A stretch of 64,000 bases of DNA from the NCBI GenBank assembly GCA_013153605.1, contig JAADED010000038.1, positions 7,968 through 71,967 of the forward strand, read 5' to 3'. The notes under the pieces are model-generated. The model made no database searches. It had not been told where the DNA came from and saw only the letters and a list, made by a program, of their open reading frames with translations. A program made the translations under genes and the position numbers. The stretch comes from Chlorobiota bacterium (GTDB taxonomy: Bacteria; Bacteroidota; Bacteroidia; Flavobacteriales; Flavobacteriaceae). Positions 18,026-29,707 of the stretch are shown here, piece after piece (position 1 is the first letter of the stretch; each line of letters starts with the position of its first letter).

Positions 18026-18502
18026 ATGAGAAAAGGTAAACCCAAACGGCGCAAACTGGATCCGGATCCTAAGTTTAACGATCCGCTGGTAACGCGTTTC
18101 GTCAATAATATTATGTGGGAAGGCAAGAAGTCGCTTGCTTTCCGTTTGTTTTATGATGCCTTGGATATCGTGGACAAAAAGAAAGAAGATCCCGACAAAT
18201 CGGCCTTGGAAATTTGGAAACAGGCATTGAGCAACGTGATGCCTCACGTGGAAGTGCGCAGCCGCCGAATCGGGGGAGCCACCTTCCAAATTCCGGTGCC
18301 CGTGCGTCCCGAACGTAAGATTTCGCTGGGCATGAAATGGTTGATCAAATATGCGCGTCAGCGCAACGAGAAGAGCTTCCCTCAAAAGCTGGCGGCCGAA
18401 ATTTTGGCGGCCTACAAAGAAGAGGGCGGCGCCGTGAAGAAGCGCAACGACACCCACCGAATGGCCGAGGCCAACAAGGCGTTTTCGCATTTCAGATTCT
18501 AA
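18026..18502 (+). CDS. rpsG: 30S ribosomal protein S7
   Basis: DPLVTRFVNNIMWEGKKS...AEANKAFSHFRF. Confidence 0.97.
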   Translation: MRKGKPKRRKLDPDPKFNDPLVTRFVNNIMWEGKKSLAFRLFYDALDIVDKKKEDPDKSALEIWKQALSNVMPHVEVRSRRIGGATFQIPVPVRPERKISLGMKWLIKYARQRNEKSFPQKLAAEILAAYKEEGGAVKKRNDTHRMAEANKAFSHFRF

Positions 18503-18517
18503 AAAGGAAAAGGAGAG

Positions 18518-20611
18518 ATGGCAAGAAAGGACTTAACCAAAGTTCGAAATATAGGGATTGCCGCACACATCGATGCGGGCAAGACCACCACGACCGAGCG
18601 GATCCTCTATTATACGGGGATTACGCACAAAATCGGCGAGGTGCACGAAGGTGCGGCAACCATGGACTGGATGGAGCAAGAGCAAGAACGCGGAATTACC
18701 ATCACGTCGGCGGCCACCCGGTGCGAATGGCCTTATAAAGGCGAAAAATACCAGATCAACATCATCGACACTCCCGGCCACGTGGACTTTACCGTGGAAG
18801 TGGAGCGGTCGCTCCGGGTGTTGGACGGAATGGTGGCCCTCTTCAGCGCCGTGGACGGCGTAGAGCCCCAATCCGAAACCGTATGGCGGCAAGCCGACAA
18901 GTATAAGGTGCCCAGGATCGGATTCGTTAACAAAATGGACCGGCAGGGCGCCGATTTTTTTAATGTGGTTCGCCAAGTAAAGGAGATGCTCGGCGGAAAT
19001 GCGGTGCCCATTCAGGTGCCCATCGGCGAAGAGGCCGATTTCCGCGGAGTGGTGGACCTCATCAGCAAACAAGCCATCATTTGGAACGAGGAGGATTTGG
19101 GCATGACCTACGAAGTGGTGCCCATTCCCGAAGAGCTCAAAGACACCGTCGAAGAATATCGCGCCAAGCTCATTGAAGCCGTAGCCGAATACGACGAAAA
19201 ATTGATGGAAAAATTCTTCGAGGACGAAGACTCCATCACCGAAGACGAAATCATCGCCGCCTTGCGCGCCGCCACCATCGATATGTCGATCATTCCCATG
19301 TTGGCCGGCTCGGCTTTCAAAAACAAAGGCGTGCAAGCCTTGCTCGACGCCGTGATTCGCTTTCTCCCTTCGCCCGTGGACATAGGCGCGGTGGAAGGCA
19401 TCGACCCGCGCACGGGCGAGAAAGTGACCCGCAAACCTTCGTATGACGATCCCTTCACGGCATTGGCATTCAAAATCGCCACCGACCCCTACGTGGGCCG
19501 TTTGGCATACTTCCGCGTATATTCGGGAGAATTGCAAGCCGGTAGCACGGTGCTCAACACCCGTTCGGGCAAGAAAGAGCGAATCTCCCGTATCTATCAA
19601 ATGCATGCCAACAAGCAAAATCCCATTCCCGAAATCGGCGCGGGAGACATCGGCGCCGGCGTAGGGTTCAAAGATATCAAAACCGGAGACACCCTGTGCG
19701 ACGAAAAGCATCCCATTGTGCTGGAATCCATGGATTTCCCGGATCCGGTGATCGGGATTGCGGTGGAACCCAAAACCAAAGCCGACATGGACAAATTGGG
19801 CATGGCCCTGTCCAAATTGGCCGAAGAAGACCCCACTTTCCAGGTGAAAACCGACGAAAACACGGGGCAAACCATTATCTCCGGGATGGGTGAGCTCCAC
19901 CTGGAAATCATCGTCGATCGCCTCAAGCGGGAATTCAAAGTGGACGTGAACGTGGGTCAGCCGCGCGTGGAATACAAAGAAGCCCTCACCACGCCGGTGG
20001 ACCATCGCGAAGTGTACAAGAAACAAACGGGTGGACGCGGTAAGTTCGCCGACATCATCTTCACCCTCGAACCCGCCGAGGAAGGCAAGCAGGGATTGGA
20101 ATTCGTCAATGAAATCAAAGGGGGTAACATTCCCAAGGAATTTATTCCTTCGGTAGAAAAAGGGTTCAAGGAAGCCATGAAGAGCGGTCCGTTGGCGGGC
20201 TTCGAAGTGGAAGGCATGAAGGTAACCCTCAAGGACGGATCGTTCCACCCCGTGGACTCCGACTCGCTCTCCTTCGAGCTGGCCGCCAAATTGGGCTTCA
20301 AGGAAGCCGCCAAAAAGGCCAACCCCATCCTGTTGGAACCCATTATGAAGCTCGAAGTGGTGACGCCCGAAGAATATATGGGCGATATCATCGGAGATTT
20401 GAACCGCCGGCGCGGCCAGGTATTGAACATGACCGACCGTGCGGGAGCCAAAGTGATCAAAGCGCACGTGCCGCTGTCCGAAATGTTCGGATACGTGACC
20501 GTGTTGCGTACCCTGTCGTCGGGCCGGGCCACTTCGTCCATGGAATTCTCCCACTATGCCCCGGCACCTGAGAACATCGCCGAAGAAGTCATCAAAAAAG
20601 AACGCGAATAA
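18518..20611 (+). CDS. fusA: Elongation factor G
   Basis: G-domain motifs [14 protein letters not shown] and NKMD; 697 aa. Confidence 0.97.
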   Translation: MARKDLTKVRNIGIAAHIDAGKTTTTERILYYTGITHKIGEVHEGAATMDWMEQEQERGITITSAATRCEWPYKGEKYQINIIDTPGHVDFTVEVERSLRVLDGMVALFSAVDGVEPQSETVWRQADKYKVPRIGFVNKMDRQGADFFNVVRQVKEMLGGNAVPIQVPIGEEADFRGVVDLISKQAIIWNEEDLGMTYEVVPIPEELKDTVEEYRAKLIEAVAEYDEKLMEKFFEDEDSITEDEIIAALRAATIDMSIIPMLAGSAFKNKGVQALLDAVIRFLPSPVDIGAVEGIDPRTGEKVTRKPSYDDPFTALAFKIATDPYVGRLAYFRVYSGELQAGSTVLNTRSGKKERISRIYQMHANKQNPIPEIGAGDIGAGVGFKDIKTGDTLCDEKHPIVLESMDFPDPVIGIAVEPKTKADMDKLGMALSKLAEEDPTFQVKTDENTGQTIISGMGELHLEIIVDRLKREFKVDVNVGQPRVEYKEALTTPVDHREVYKKQTGGRGKFADIIFTLEPAEEGKQGLEFVNEIKGGNIPKEFIPSVEKGFKEAMKSGPLAGFEVEGMKVTLKDGSFHPVDSDSLSFELAAKLGFKEAAKKANPILLEPIMKLEVVTPEEYMGDIIGDLNRRRGQVLNMTDRAGAKVIKAHVPLSEMFGYVTVLRTLSSGRATSSMEFSHYAPAPENIAEEVIKKERE

Positions 20612-20622
20612 TCCCTACAGCT

Positions 20623-20934
20623 ATGGCTTACCAAAAAATACGTATAAAACTCAAATCTTACGATCATAATTTGATCGACCGGTCGGCCGAAGAAATCGTC
20701 CGTACCGTCAAGCAATCGGGTGCTTTCGTGAAGGGGCCCATTCCCTTGCCCACCAAAAAACGGATTTTCACCGTGTTACGTTCACCCCACGTGAACAAAA
20801 AATCGCGGGAGCAATTCCAACTCAACACCCATAAACGATTGATCGACATCTACACCTCGTCGGGAAAAACCATCGACGCCCTGATGAAGATGGAATTGCC
20901 CGGCGGCGTGGAAGCCGAAATAAAAGTGAACTAA
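20623..20934 (+). CDS. rpsJ: 30S ribosomal protein S10
   Basis: [14 protein letters not shown]...[14 protein letters not shown]. Confidence 0.97.
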   Translation: MAYQKIRIKLKSYDHNLIDRSAEEIVRTVKQSGAFVKGPIPLPTKKRIFTVLRSPHVNKKSREQFQLNTHKRLIDIYTSSGKTIDALMKMELPGGVEAEIKVN

Positions 20935-20947
20935 AAAAGGAGAAAAG

Positions 20948-21568
20948 ATGCCCGGATTAATAGGAAGAAAAATAGGGATGACGAGCTTCTTCGATGAAAA
21001 CGGGAAAAACGTGCCCGTTACCGTCATCGAAGTATTGCCCAACGCCGTCGTCCAAGTCAGAACCAAGGAAAAGGACGGCTATGAAGCCCTGCAACTTGGT
21101 TTCGATGACAAAAAAGAAAAGCGAACCACCAAGCCCATGTTGGGGCACTTCAAAAAAGCCGGTGTTTCGCCCAAAAAAGTGTTAGTCGAATTCCAAGGAT
21201 TTGAAAAAGAATACCAACCCGGCGACGAAATCCGCGTGGAAGACGTATTCCGGGAAGGCGAATATGTGGACGTGACGGGAACGTCGAAAGGTAAAGGATT
21301 CCAAGGGGTGGTCAAACGCCACGGATTTGCGGGCGTAGGTCAGGCCACTCACGGACAGCACAACCGTTTGCGCGCTCCCGGTTCCATCGGTGCTTCGGCC
21401 GACCCTTCGCGGGTGTTCAAAGGTATGCGCATGGCCGGACGCATGGGTAACGAGCGCGTGACGGTGCAAAACCTCAAGGTGATGAAGATCATTCCCGAAA
21501 AGAATTTGCTGATCGTCAAAGGGAATGTGCCGGGACACAAAAAATCGTACGTTTTAATCCGCAAGTAA
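20948..21568 (+). CDS. rplC: 50S ribosomal protein L3
   Basis: [13 protein letters not shown]...[11 protein letters not shown]. Confidence 0.97.
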   Translation: MPGLIGRKIGMTSFFDENGKNVPVTVIEVLPNAVVQVRTKEKDGYEALQLGFDDKKEKRTTKPMLGHFKKAGVSPKKVLVEFQGFEKEYQPGDEIRVEDVFREGEYVDVTGTSKGKGFQGVVKRHGFAGVGQATHGQHNRLRAPGSIGASADPSRVFKGMRMAGRMGNERVTVQNLKVMKIIPEKNLLIVKGNVPGHKKSYVLIRK

Positions 21569-21569
21569 A

Positions 21570-22199
21570 ATGGAAGTAAAAGTTTACAACATACAAGGAC
21601 AGGAAACCGGGCGCACCGTGGAGCTGGCCGACGAAATTTTCGGCATCGAGCCCAACGAACATGCCATGTACCTGGACGTGAAGCGCTACCTGGCCGCCCA
21701 GCGCCAAGGCACCCATAAAGCCAAAGAGCGCAGTGAAGTGGCCGGAAGCACGCGCAAGATCAAGCGCCAAAAAGGTACGGGTACGGCCCGGGCCGGAAGC
21801 ATCAAGAACCCGCTCTTCCGGGGCGGGGGACGCGTGTTCGGTCCCCGTCCGCGCGATTATCGCATCAAGCTCAACAAAAAACTCAAGCAACTGGCCCGCA
21901 AATCGGCTTTGAGTTATATGATGAAGGAAGGCAAGATCAAAGTGATCGAGGATTTTACCCTGGAAGCACCCAAAACCAAAGAAATGGTCAAAATCCTCGA
22001 CAATTTGCAAGCGGGTAATGCCAAAGCCTTGCTGGTGCTGGGAGATGTGGATAAAAACGTATATTTGTCCTCCCGCAATTTGCCGCTGGTTAAAATCGTA
22101 AGAGGCTCGGACTTAAACACTTATGTAATCCTCAACGGCGGAAATCTGTTGATCAGCGAATCGGGAGTGGCCCAAATCGAACAAACATTAAAAAAGTAA
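21570..22199 (+). CDS. rplD: 50S ribosomal protein L4
   Basis: [22 protein letters not shown]; position in the S10 operon. Confidence 0.96.
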   Translation: MEVKVYNIQGQETGRTVELADEIFGIEPNEHAMYLDVKRYLAAQRQGTHKAKERSEVAGSTRKIKRQKGTGTARAGSIKNPLFRGGGRVFGPRPRDYRIKLNKKLKQLARKSALSYMMKEGKIKVIEDFTLEAPKTKEMVKILDNLQAGNAKALLVLGDVDKNVYLSSRNLPLVKIVRGSDLNTYVILNGGNLLISESGVAQIEQTLKK

Positions 22200-22205
22200 T
22201 CAGCC

Positions 22206-22493
22206 ATGAGCATCATCAAACGGCCGATTTTGACGGAAAAAATGGTGGACCAAACGGATAAATACAACCGCTACGGATTTATCGTGGACATCAAGGCCAC
22301 CAAAGAGGATATCAAGCGCGAAGTGGAGAAGCTTTACAACGTGGAGGTGCTCAAGGTGCGCACCATGATTTATCCGGCCCGCAAGAAGACCAAATATACG
22401 CGTAAGGGCGTGTTTACCAGCAAGGAAGGGGCTTACAAAAAAGCCCTTGTGGATTTGAAAGAAGGACAAAGCATCGATTTTTATAACCAATAA
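22206..22493 (+). CDS. rplW: 50S ribosomal protein L23
   Basis: [10 protein letters not shown]...[13 protein letters not shown]. Confidence 0.95.
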   Translation: MSIIKRPILTEKMVDQTDKYNRYGFIVDIKATKEDIKREVEKLYNVEVLKVRTMIYPARKKTKYTRKGVFTSKEGAYKKALVDLKEGQSIDFYNQ

Positions 22494-22498
22494 TCGTC

Positions 22499-23323
22499 AT
22501 GGGAGTAAGAAAACTTAAACCTACCACGCCGGGACAACGCTTTCGAGTGGTGAACGCTTTTGAAGAGCTCACCACCGACAAGCCGGAAAAATCGCTTTTG
22601 GCACCCAAGAAAAGCACCGGCGGTCGCAATAATTTGGGACGCCGCACCATGCGCTACCGCGGGGGCGGCCACAAACGTCGATACCGCATCATCGACTTCC
22701 GCCGTGATAAATTCGGCATTCCGGCTACGGTCAAAACCATCGAGTACGATCCCAACCGTTCGGCATTCATCGCATTGGTCGTATATGCCGACGGCGAAAA
22801 ACGCTATATCATCGCACCCAACGAAATCAAGGTGGGCGATCAAATCATCAGCGGCGAAAAAGTGCCGGCCGAAATCGGCAACGCCATGCCCATGAAAAAC
22901 ATCCCGTTGGGCGCCATTATTCACAACATCGAGCTCAAGCCCGGCAAGGGCGGTCAGCTGGCCCGCAGTGCTGGAACCTTCGCCCAGTTGATGGCCAAAG
23001 AGGGCAAATACGTGGTCATCAAATTACCGTCGGGCGAAACGCGCCTGGTATTGGCCGACGGAATGGCCACCATCGGCGTGGTGTCCAACAGCGACCATCA
23101 GCTCGTCATGTCGGGTAAGGCCGGACGTTCGCGCTGGTTGGGACGTCGTCCCCGCACGCGCGGCGTGGCCATGAACCCGGTGGATCACCCCATGGGTGGG
23201 GGTGAAGGAAAGGCCTCGGGCGGTCATCCCCGCTCGCGCAAAGGTATTCCCGCCAAGGGATACAAGACCCGTAACAGGAAGAAGTACAGCAACAAGTTTA
23301 TTCTCGAACGCCGCAAGAAATAA
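22499..23323 (+). CDS. rplB: 50S ribosomal protein L2
   Basis: [13 protein letters not shown]...[13 protein letters not shown]. Confidence 0.97.
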   Translation: MGVRKLKPTTPGQRFRVVNAFEELTTDKPEKSLLAPKKSTGGRNNLGRRTMRYRGGGHKRRYRIIDFRRDKFGIPATVKTIEYDPNRSAFIALVVYADGEKRYIIAPNEIKVGDQIISGEKVPAEIGNAMPMKNIPLGAIIHNIELKPGKGGQLARSAGTFAQLMAKEGKYVVIKLPSGETRLVLADGMATIGVVSNSDHQLVMSGKAGRSRWLGRRPRTRGVAMNPVDHPMGGGEGKASGGHPRSRKGIPAKGYKTRNRKKYSNKFILERRKK

Positions 23324-23330
23324 TTGAATT

Positions 23331-23612
23331 ATGGCCAGATCATTAAAAAAAGGTCCTTACGTTTACTATAAACTCGAACGCAAAGTTCGGCGCAACCTCG
23401 AGACGGGCAAAAAAGAGGTGATCAAAACCTGGTCGCGCGCCTCGATGATCACGCCCGACTTTGTGGGACAGACCATCGCCGTCCACAACGGACGTCAATT
23501 CATACCGGTGTATATCACCGAAAACATGGTGGGGCATAAATTGGGAGAATTCGCCCCCACGCGTACGTTCCGCGGTCATGCGGGCGCAAAAAACAAAGGT
23601 AAAAAACGCTGA
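23331..23612 (+). CDS. rpsS: 30S ribosomal protein S19
   Basis: [11 protein letters not shown]...[16 protein letters not shown]. Confidence 0.97.
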   Translation: MARSLKKGPYVYYKLERKVRRNLETGKKEVIKTWSRASMITPDFVGQTIAVHNGRQFIPVYITENMVGHKLGEFAPTRTFRGHAGAKNKGKKR

Positions 23613-23614
23613 TT

Positions 23615-24010
23615 ATGGGACGTAGAAAATACGAAATGGCGCAACGCCTCAAGGAGGAGAAGAAAAACCGGGTGACGGCCAAATTGCGTTACTTGCGCAC
23701 TTCGGCCCGCAAAGCCCGCCTGGTAGCCGACCTGATCCGCGGCAAGCGGGTAACCGAGGCATTGAACATCCTCAAATTCACCCCTCGCGGAACGGCACCG
23801 GCTTTTGAAAAACTCCTCATCAGCGCCCTCAACAATTGGGAACAGAAAAACCCCGACCGGGATATTGAAGACGCCGATCTTTATATCAAGGAAATCCGCG
23901 TGGACGAAGCGGGCATGCTCAAACGGATTCAACCGGCGCCCCAAGGACGGGCCCACCGGATCCGCAAACGTTTAAGTCACATCACCATCGAATTGGGAGA
24001 AAAAGAATAA
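23615..24010 (+). CDS. rplV: 50S ribosomal protein L22
   Basis: [15 protein letters not shown]...[11 protein letters not shown]. Confidence 0.95.
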   Translation: MGRRKYEMAQRLKEEKKNRVTAKLRYLRTSARKARLVADLIRGKRVTEALNILKFTPRGTAPAFEKLLISALNNWEQKNPDRDIEDADLYIKEIRVDEAGMLKRIQPAPQGRAHRIRKRLSHITIELGEKE

Positions 24011-24015
24011 GCAGT

Positions 24016-24729
24016 ATGGGACAAAAAACCAACCCGATAGGTAACCGGCTGGGCATCATCCGCGGATGGGATTCCATGTGGTTCGGTAAGAAGAAGTACC
24101 AGGATTTTGTCCACGAAGATTATATGATCCGCAAATACATCAACGAGCGGGTCAAAAAGATGGCGCGCAACAAAATCGTGTCGCACATCTATATCGAGCG
24201 CAAGTCGCCCGACAGCATCGACGTAACCATCACCACCGCCCGTCCGGGCATTATCATCGGCAAGGGCGGCAAGGAAGTGGACAAACTCAAGGAAGAGCTC
24301 AAGAAGCTCACCGGCAAAGAGGTGCAAATCAACATCCACGAAATCCGACGTCCCGAATTGGACGCCACGCTGGTGGCCCAAAACATCGCCCGCCAGGTGG
24401 AAAACCGCATCTCGTATCGCCGCGCCATCAAGCAGGCCATCGCCTCCACCATGCGGATGAAGGCCGAAGGAATCAAAGTCCAAATCAGCGGACGCTTGAA
24501 CGGAGCCGAAATGGCACGTACCGAAACCTACATGGACGGACGCGTACCGTTGTCCACCTTCCGCGCCGACATCGATTACGCCCTCGAAGAAGCCCACACC
24601 ACCTACGGACGCATAGGCGTAAAAGTGTGGATCATGAAGGGCGAAGTGTACGGCAAGCGCGACCTGAACCCGCTGGTGGGAATCAAACAAAAAGACAAAC
24701 GCAGAACGCGACGCAACCGACGACGATAA
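24016..24729 (+). CDS. rpsC: 30S ribosomal protein S3
   Basis: [14 protein letters not shown]...GIIIGKGG (KH domain), with a basic C-terminal tail. Confidence 0.97.
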   Translation: MGQKTNPIGNRLGIIRGWDSMWFGKKKYQDFVHEDYMIRKYINERVKKMARNKIVSHIYIERKSPDSIDVTITTARPGIIIGKGGKEVDKLKEELKKLTGKEVQINIHEIRRPELDATLVAQNIARQVENRISYRRAIKQAIASTMRMKAEGIKVQISGRLNGAEMARTETYMDGRVPLSTFRADIDYALEEAHTTYGRIGVKVWIMKGEVYGKRDLNPLVGIKQKDKRRTRRNRRR

Positions 24730-24741
24730 AATCCGGAAACC

Positions 24742-25164
24742 ATGTTACAACCGAAAAAATATAAATATCGTAAGCAACAGAAAGGGCGGATCAAAGGCAA
24801 TGCCCAGCGGGGCCATCGCCTGGCCTTCGGCATGTACGGCATCAAGACCCTGGATCCGGGTTGGATATCGGCCCGCCAGATCGAAGCCGCCCGTGTGGCC
24901 GCCACCCGTTACATGAAACGGGAAGGCCAATTGTGGATCAAGATTTTCCCCGACAAGCCCATTACCAAAAAACCGCTCGAAGTACGTATGGGTAAAGGTA
25001 AGGGGAACGTGGAATACTGGGCGGCCGTGGTGAAGCCGGGCAAGATCCTCTTCGAAGTGGACGGCGTGCCCGAAGAGGTGGCCCGCGAAGCCCTTCGGCT
25101 GGCGGCTCAGAAATTGCCCGTGCGATGTAAGTTTGTACGTGCACCCGAATTGGGACAAAAATAA
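24742..25164 (+). CDS. rplP: 50S ribosomal protein L16
   Basis: [16 protein letters not shown]...RMGKGKG. Confidence 0.97.
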   Translation: MLQPKKYKYRKQQKGRIKGNAQRGHRLAFGMYGIKTLDPGWISARQIEAARVAATRYMKREGQLWIKIFPDKPITKKPLEVRMGKGKGNVEYWAAVVKPGKILFEVDGVPEEVAREALRLAAQKLPVRCKFVRAPELGQK

Positions 25165-25172
25165 ATTGAGCT

Positions 25173-25364
25173 ATGAAAATGCAAGAAATACGCGCGCTTA
25201 GCGATGCCGATTTGTTGGAAAAAATCAAGGAGATGAAGACCGATTATGCCAAACTCAAAATATTGCATAAGGTCTCGCCCCTTGAAAATCCGCTGGAGTT
25301 GCGCCACATGCGCAAAACCATCGCCCGTTTGCTTACGGAGAAAAAAGCTCGCGGTTTAAAATAA
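25173..25364 (+). CDS. rpmC: 50S ribosomal protein L29
   Basis: 63-aa helical protein (EIRALSDADLLEKIKE...RKTIARLLT) in the expected position. Confidence 0.93.
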   Translation: MKMQEIRALSDADLLEKIKEMKTDYAKLKILHKVSPLENPLELRHMRKTIARLLTEKKARGLK

Positions 25365-25370
25365 CGAGTC

Positions 25371-25634
25371 ATGGAAGAGAAAAAACGAAACTTACGAAAA
25401 GAACGGGTAGGGATCGTGGTGTCGGACAAAATGGACAAATCGGTCGTGGTGGCCGAAGTGAAGAAGGTGAAGCATCCCAAATACCATAAATTCGTCCTGC
25501 GCACCAAAAAATATGTGGCGCACGACGAAAACAACGAAGCCCGTGAAGGCGACAAGGTGCGGATCATGGAAACCCGCCCTTTGAGCAAGCGCAAGCGTTG
25601 GAGAATAGTGGAAATAATCGAAAGAGCCAAGTAA
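25371..25634 (+). CDS. rpsQ: 30S ribosomal protein S17
   Basis: [14 protein letters not shown]...[23 protein letters not shown]. Confidence 0.96.
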   Translation: MEEKKRNLRKERVGIVVSDKMDKSVVVAEVKKVKHPKYHKFVLRTKKYVAHDENNEAREGDKVRIMETRPLSKRKRWRIVEIIERAK

Positions 25635-25635
25635 G

Positions 25636-26004
25636 ATGATACAACAAGAAACCCGCGTAAAAGTAGCAGACAATACCGGCGCCAAGGAAGCATTGGTCAT
25701 CCGCGTGCTGGGTGGCACGCGTCGCCGCTACGCCAGTGTGGGCGATAAAGTGGTGGTGACCGTCAAGCAAGCCACGCCCAACGGAAGCGTGAAGAAAGGC
25801 CAAATTTCCACCGGCGTGGTGGTGCGCACAAAAAAAGAAGTGCGCCGCCCCGACGGGTCGTACATTCGCTTTGACGACAATGCCATCGTGTTGCTCAACG
25901 CCCAAGGCGAAATGCGAGGAACCCGCGTATTCGGGCCCGTGGCCCGCGAATTGCGGGATAAGAAATTTACCAAAATCATCTCGTTGGCGTCGGAAGTATT
26001 ATAA
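25636..26004 (+). CDS. rplN: 50S ribosomal protein L14
   Basis: [17 protein letters not shown]. Confidence 0.97.
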   Translation: MIQQETRVKVADNTGAKEALVIRVLGGTRRRYASVGDKVVVTVKQATPNGSVKKGQISTGVVVRTKKEVRRPDGSYIRFDDNAIVLLNAQGEMRGTRVFGPVARELRDKKFTKIISLASEVL

Positions 26005-26015
26005 ATCGGATTGAC

Positions 26016-26330
26016 ATGAAAAAATTCAAAATAAAAAAGGGCGACCTGGTGCAAGTGATGGCCGGTAAGGACCGCGGCGCCAAAGGTCATGTGTTGGAAG
26101 TGATCCGCTCGAAAGACCGGGTGATCGTGGAAGGGGTAAACATCATTAAAAAACGGGTGAAACCCTCCACCGAAAACCCGTCGGGCGGGATTATCGAAAA
26201 AGAAGCGCCCATCCACATTTCCAACGTCATGTTGGTGGATCCCAAAACGGGAGAACCCACCCGTGCGGGATACAAATTCGTGGACGGCAAAAAAGTACGG
26301 TACGCGAAAAAATCCGGAGAACAAATTTAA
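26016..26330 (+). CDS. rplX: 50S ribosomal protein L24
   Basis: [17 protein letters not shown] (KOW motif). Confidence 0.96.
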   Translation: MKKFKIKKGDLVQVMAGKDRGAKGHVLEVIRSKDRVIVEGVNIIKKRVKPSTENPSGGIIEKEAPIHISNVMLVDPKTGEPTRAGYKFVDGKKVRYAKKSGEQI

Positions 26331-26333
26331 GCC

Positions 26334-26888
26334 ATGAACTACGAACCCAGACTGAAAAAGGAATATCGCGAAAAGGTGGTGCCCGCCCTGATGGAAGAAT
26401 TCGGGTACAAAAACAAGATGCAAGTGCCCAAATTGGAAAAAATCGTGGTGAGCCGCGGTGTGGGTCAGGCCACCCAGGATAAAAAGCTGGTGGACTATGC
26501 CGTGGAAGAGCTCACCGCCATTACGGGCCAAAAAGCAGTGCCCACCATAGCCAAACGCGACGTGGCCGCCTTCAAATTGCGGCGCGGCATGCCCATCGGC
26601 GCCAAAGTGACCCTCCGGGGCGATCGCATGTACGAGTTTCTCGACAAGCTCATCACCATCGCTTTGCCCCGGGTGCGCGATTTTCAGGGCATTAAGCGCG
26701 ACGCCTTCGACGGACGCGGCAACTATAACCTGGGAATCACCGAACAAATCATCTTCCCCGAAATCGATTTCGACAAAATCCACAAAATCGCGGGGATGGA
26801 CATCACCTTCGTAACTACGGCAAAAACCGATAAGGAAGCATTCGCATTACTCGAAAAGTTGGGATTACCTTTTAAAAAGAAAAAATAA
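26334..26888 (+). CDS. rplE: 50S ribosomal protein L5
   Basis: PRLKKEY...[14 protein letters not shown]...RGNYNLGI. Confidence 0.97.
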   Translation: MNYEPRLKKEYREKVVPALMEEFGYKNKMQVPKLEKIVVSRGVGQATQDKKLVDYAVEELTAITGQKAVPTIAKRDVAAFKLRRGMPIGAKVTLRGDRMYEFLDKLITIALPRVRDFQGIKRDAFDGRGNYNLGITEQIIFPEIDFDKIHKIAGMDITFVTTAKTDKEAFALLEKLGLPFKKKK

Positions 26889-26891
26889 CCT

Positions 26892-27161
26892 ATGGCCAAA
26901 GAATCCATGAAAGCCCGCGAACGCAAGCGGGCCAAGCTTATCGCCAAATATGCCGAAAAACGGCGGAAACTCAAAGAAGCCGGAGACTGGGAAGGTCTTC
27001 AACGCCTCCCCAAAAATTCCGTACCCATCCGGTATCACAACCGGTGCAAGGTAACGGGACGTCCGCGCGGATACATCCGCTTTTTCGGTATTTCCCGTAT
27101 CACCTTCCGAGAGATGGCCAATCAAGGCCTGATCCCGGGCGTGAAAAAAGCCAGTTGGTAA
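26892..27161 (+). CDS. rpsN: 30S ribosomal protein S14 (long, non-zinc form)
   Basis: [13 protein letters not shown]...[11 protein letters not shown]...KASW. It has a single Cys, so no Zn ribbon. Confidence 0.96.
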   Translation: MAKESMKARERKRAKLIAKYAEKRRKLKEAGDWEGLQRLPKNSVPIRYHNRCKVTGRPRGYIRFFGISRITFREMANQGLIPGVKKASW

Positions 27162-27173
27162 AAAAGAAGAATC

Positions 27174-27575
27174 ATGCATACAGATCCGATAGCAGACTAT
27201 TTGACGCGCATACGGAACGCCCAGGCGGCACGGCACCGCGTGGTGAAAATCCCTTCGTCCAAAATGAAGGAAACCATCACCCGTATCCTCAAAGATCAGG
27301 GGTACATCCTCAATTACAAAGTTGAAAAGGACGAAAAGGGGCACCCGGTGCTGAAAATCGCTTTGAAATACGATAAGGAAACCGGCGAGCCCGTCATCAA
27401 AGGACTCAAACGGGTGAGCAAGCCGGGATTGCGCAAATATGCCGATGCCAAAAACCTGCCCAAAGTGATCAACGGATTGGGCATCGCCATTATCTCCACG
27501 TCCAAGGGCATTATGACCGACAAACAGGCCCGCCGGGAAAACGTGGGCGGCGAAGTGATCGCATACATTTATTAA
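27174..27575 (+). CDS. rpsH: 30S ribosomal protein S8
   Basis: [13 protein letters not shown]...GGEVIAYIY. Confidence 0.97.
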   Translation: MHTDPIADYLTRIRNAQAARHRVVKIPSSKMKETITRILKDQGYILNYKVEKDEKGHPVLKIALKYDKETGEPVIKGLKRVSKPGLRKYADAKNLPKVINGLGIAIISTSKGIMTDKQARRENVGGEVIAYIY

Positions 27576-27588
27576 AAACGAACGAAGC

Positions 27589-28137
27589 ATGTCACGGATA
27601 GGATTCAAACCGGTTGAAATTCCCGAGAAGGTAAAAGTGGAATATAAGGACGGCGTGTTGCACGTGTCCGGTCCTTTGGGCGAATTGTCGTTGCCCATCA
27701 AGGACGTGGAAATCGAAATCGACGACGAAAAGAAAGAAATTCGCGTCAACCGCTTGTCCGAATCCAAGCATCACAAATCCATGCACGGCCTTTACCGCTC
27801 GCTCATCTACAATATGGTGAAAGGAGTAGCCGAAGGATGGACCAAAGAGTTGGAACTGGTGGGCGTGGGTTATCAGGCCAAAAACCAGGGACAGCTCCTG
27901 GAGCTCGCATTGGGGTATTCGCACAATATCATTTTCGAAATTCCGCCCGAAGTCAAGGTGGAAACCTTCTCGGAAAAAGGGAAAAACCCGCGGATCAAGC
28001 TCACCTCCCACGACAAACAATTGGTGGGACAGATAGCCGCCAAGATCCGCTCGTTGCGCAAACCCGAACCTTACAAAGGTAAAGGCGTGCGCTACGTGGG
28101 TGAAGAAATCAGACGTAAACAAGGTAAAACCGCTTAA
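27589..28137 (+). CDS. rplF: 50S ribosomal protein L6
   Basis: [12 protein letters not shown]...PYKGKGVRY. Confidence 0.97.
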   Translation: MSRIGFKPVEIPEKVKVEYKDGVLHVSGPLGELSLPIKDVEIEIDDEKKEIRVNRLSESKHHKSMHGLYRSLIYNMVKGVAEGWTKELELVGVGYQAKNQGQLLELALGYSHNIIFEIPPEVKVETFSEKGKNPRIKLTSHDKQLVGQIAAKIRSLRKPEPYKGKGVRYVGEEIRRKQGKTA

Positions 28138-28157
28138 CGCATAAAAAACACGGAAGT

Positions 28158-28514
28158 ATGGGTTTGACAAAAGTGGAAAGGGCCAAACGCATCCGCCGCC
28201 GGATTCGCAAGAAGATCAAGGGTACGCCCGAGCGGCCGCGTTTGTCGGTATTCCGAAGCAACAAAGAAATTTACGCCCAAATCATAGATGACACGGCGGG
28301 CATCACGTTGGCCGCCGCATCGTCGCGCGATAAGGACATCGCCGCCAAGGAAGGCACCAAGACCGAAAAGGCCGCCATGGTGGGCGAAAAAATTGCCGCC
28401 ATCGCGCTGGAGAAAGGCATCGACAAAGTGGTATTCGACCGGGGCACCCACATTTATCACGGGCGCATTAAAGCCCTGGCCGAAGGTGCCCGCAAAGGAG
28501 GTTTAAAATTTTAA
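28158..28514 (+). CDS. rplR: 50S ribosomal protein L18
   Basis: [20 protein letters not shown]...[17 protein letters not shown]. Confidence 0.96.
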   Translation: MGLTKVERAKRIRRRIRKKIKGTPERPRLSVFRSNKEIYAQIIDDTAGITLAAASSRDKDIAAKEGTKTEKAAMVGEKIAAIALEKGIDKVVFDRGTHIYHGRIKALAEGARKGGLKF

Positions 28515-28517
28515 GTT

Positions 28518-29042
28518 ATGCTGGAAAAATACAAACACGTACGCAGGATAAACCCGGCCGGCCTCGATTTGCAAGAGCGGCTGGTATCGGTACGCCGGGT
28601 GACCAAGGTCACCAAAGGGGGGCGCACCTTCAGCTTTTCGGCTCTGGTGGTGGTAGGTGACGGAAACGGCATCGTGGGATTCGGCGTGGGTAAATCGAAA
28701 GAGGTGCCCGACGCCATCCAGAAAGCCACCGAAAACGCCAAGAAAAATTTGGTGAAAGTGCCGGTGCTGAAAGGTACGGTGCCCCACGAGCAATACGGAA
28801 AATTCGGAGGCGCCAAAGTGTTTATCAAACCCGCATCTCCGGGTACGGGAGTGATTGCCGGCGGCCCCATTCGTGCCGTGCTGGAATCGGCGGGCGTGCA
28901 CAACGTGCTGACCAAATCGTTGGGTTCGTCCAACCCCCACAACGTGGTGAAAGCCACCATGGATGCCCTGCTTAAAATGCGCGATCCCTACACGGTGGCC
29001 AAACAACGGGGTATTACCCTGGACAAATTGTTTAACGGTTAA
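28518..29042 (+). CDS. rpsE: 30S ribosomal protein S5
   Basis: [32 protein letters not shown]. Confidence 0.97.
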   Translation: MLEKYKHVRRINPAGLDLQERLVSVRRVTKVTKGGRTFSFSALVVVGDGNGIVGFGVGKSKEVPDAIQKATENAKKNLVKVPVLKGTVPHEQYGKFGGAKVFIKPASPGTGVIAGGPIRAVLESAGVHNVLTKSLGSSNPHNVVKATMDALLKMRDPYTVAKQRGITLDKLFNG

Positions 29043-29056
29043 AAAATCGATCAGCC

Positions 29057-29236
29057 ATGAAAAAGGTGCTCATTACCAAAGTGCGCAGCACGATCAACCG
29101 GCCCAAGGATCAAAAACGAACCATGGAAGCGCTGGGATTGCGCAAGATCGGCCAGTCGCGCGAGCATGTGCTCACGCCCCAGATTGAAGGCATGATCAAG
29201 AAAGTGAAACATTTGATTAAAGTCGAAGAAATTTAA
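29057..29236 (+). CDS. rpmD: 50S ribosomal protein L30
   Basis: 59-aa ORF below the track cutoff: MKKVLITKVRSTINRPKDQKRTMEALGLRKIGQSREHV. It lies in the expected slot between rpsE and rplO. Confidence 0.93.
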   Translation: MKKVLITKVRSTINRPKDQKRTMEALGLRKIGQSREHVLTPQIEGMIKKVKHLIKVEEI

Positions 29237-29247
29237 AAATCGAGGCC

Positions 29248-29697
29248 ATGAAATTATCGAATCTCAAACCCGCCAAAGGGTCCACCCATAAACAAATCCG
29301 CGTAGGCCGCGGCGAAGGAAGCAAGAAAGGAGGTACTTCCGGTCGCGGTCATAAGGGCGCCAAGTCGCGTTCGGGATATTCGCGCAAAGCCGGATACGAA
29401 GGCGGACAAATGCCCCTGTACCGACGGGTGCCCAAATTCGGGTTCACCAACGTCAACCGCGTGGAATACACGCCTCTGAACCTGGCCACCTTGCAAGCCT
29501 GGGTGGACAAAGGAGTCATCAAAGATTACGTGGATACGGACATGTTGTATGAAATGAAGTTCATCTCCAAAAACGAAAAGGTTAAACTTCTGGCCAAAGG
29601 CGAGCTCAACGCACCCTTGACCGTCAAGGTGCACAAGGCCTCCAAAAAAGCCGTGGAAGCGGTGGAGAAAGCCGGAGGCAAGGTGGAATTCATTTAA
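29248..29697 (+). CDS. rplO: 50S ribosomal protein L15
   Basis: LSNLKPAKGS...RVGRGEGSKKGGTSGRGHKG. Confidence 0.97.
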   Translation: MKLSNLKPAKGSTHKQIRVGRGEGSKKGGTSGRGHKGAKSRSGYSRKAGYEGGQMPLYRRVPKFGFTNVNRVEYTPLNLATLQAWVDKGVIKDYVDTDMLYEMKFISKNEKVKLLAKGELNAPLTVKVHKASKKAVEAVEKAGGKVEFI

Positions 29698-29707
29698 ACC
29701 AGCGCTC

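Noticed and set aside
18533-20554. 673-codon ORF antisense to fusA
   Set aside because: Same register-locked shadow-ORF effect. fusA is unambiguous, and the antisense product has no recognisable features.
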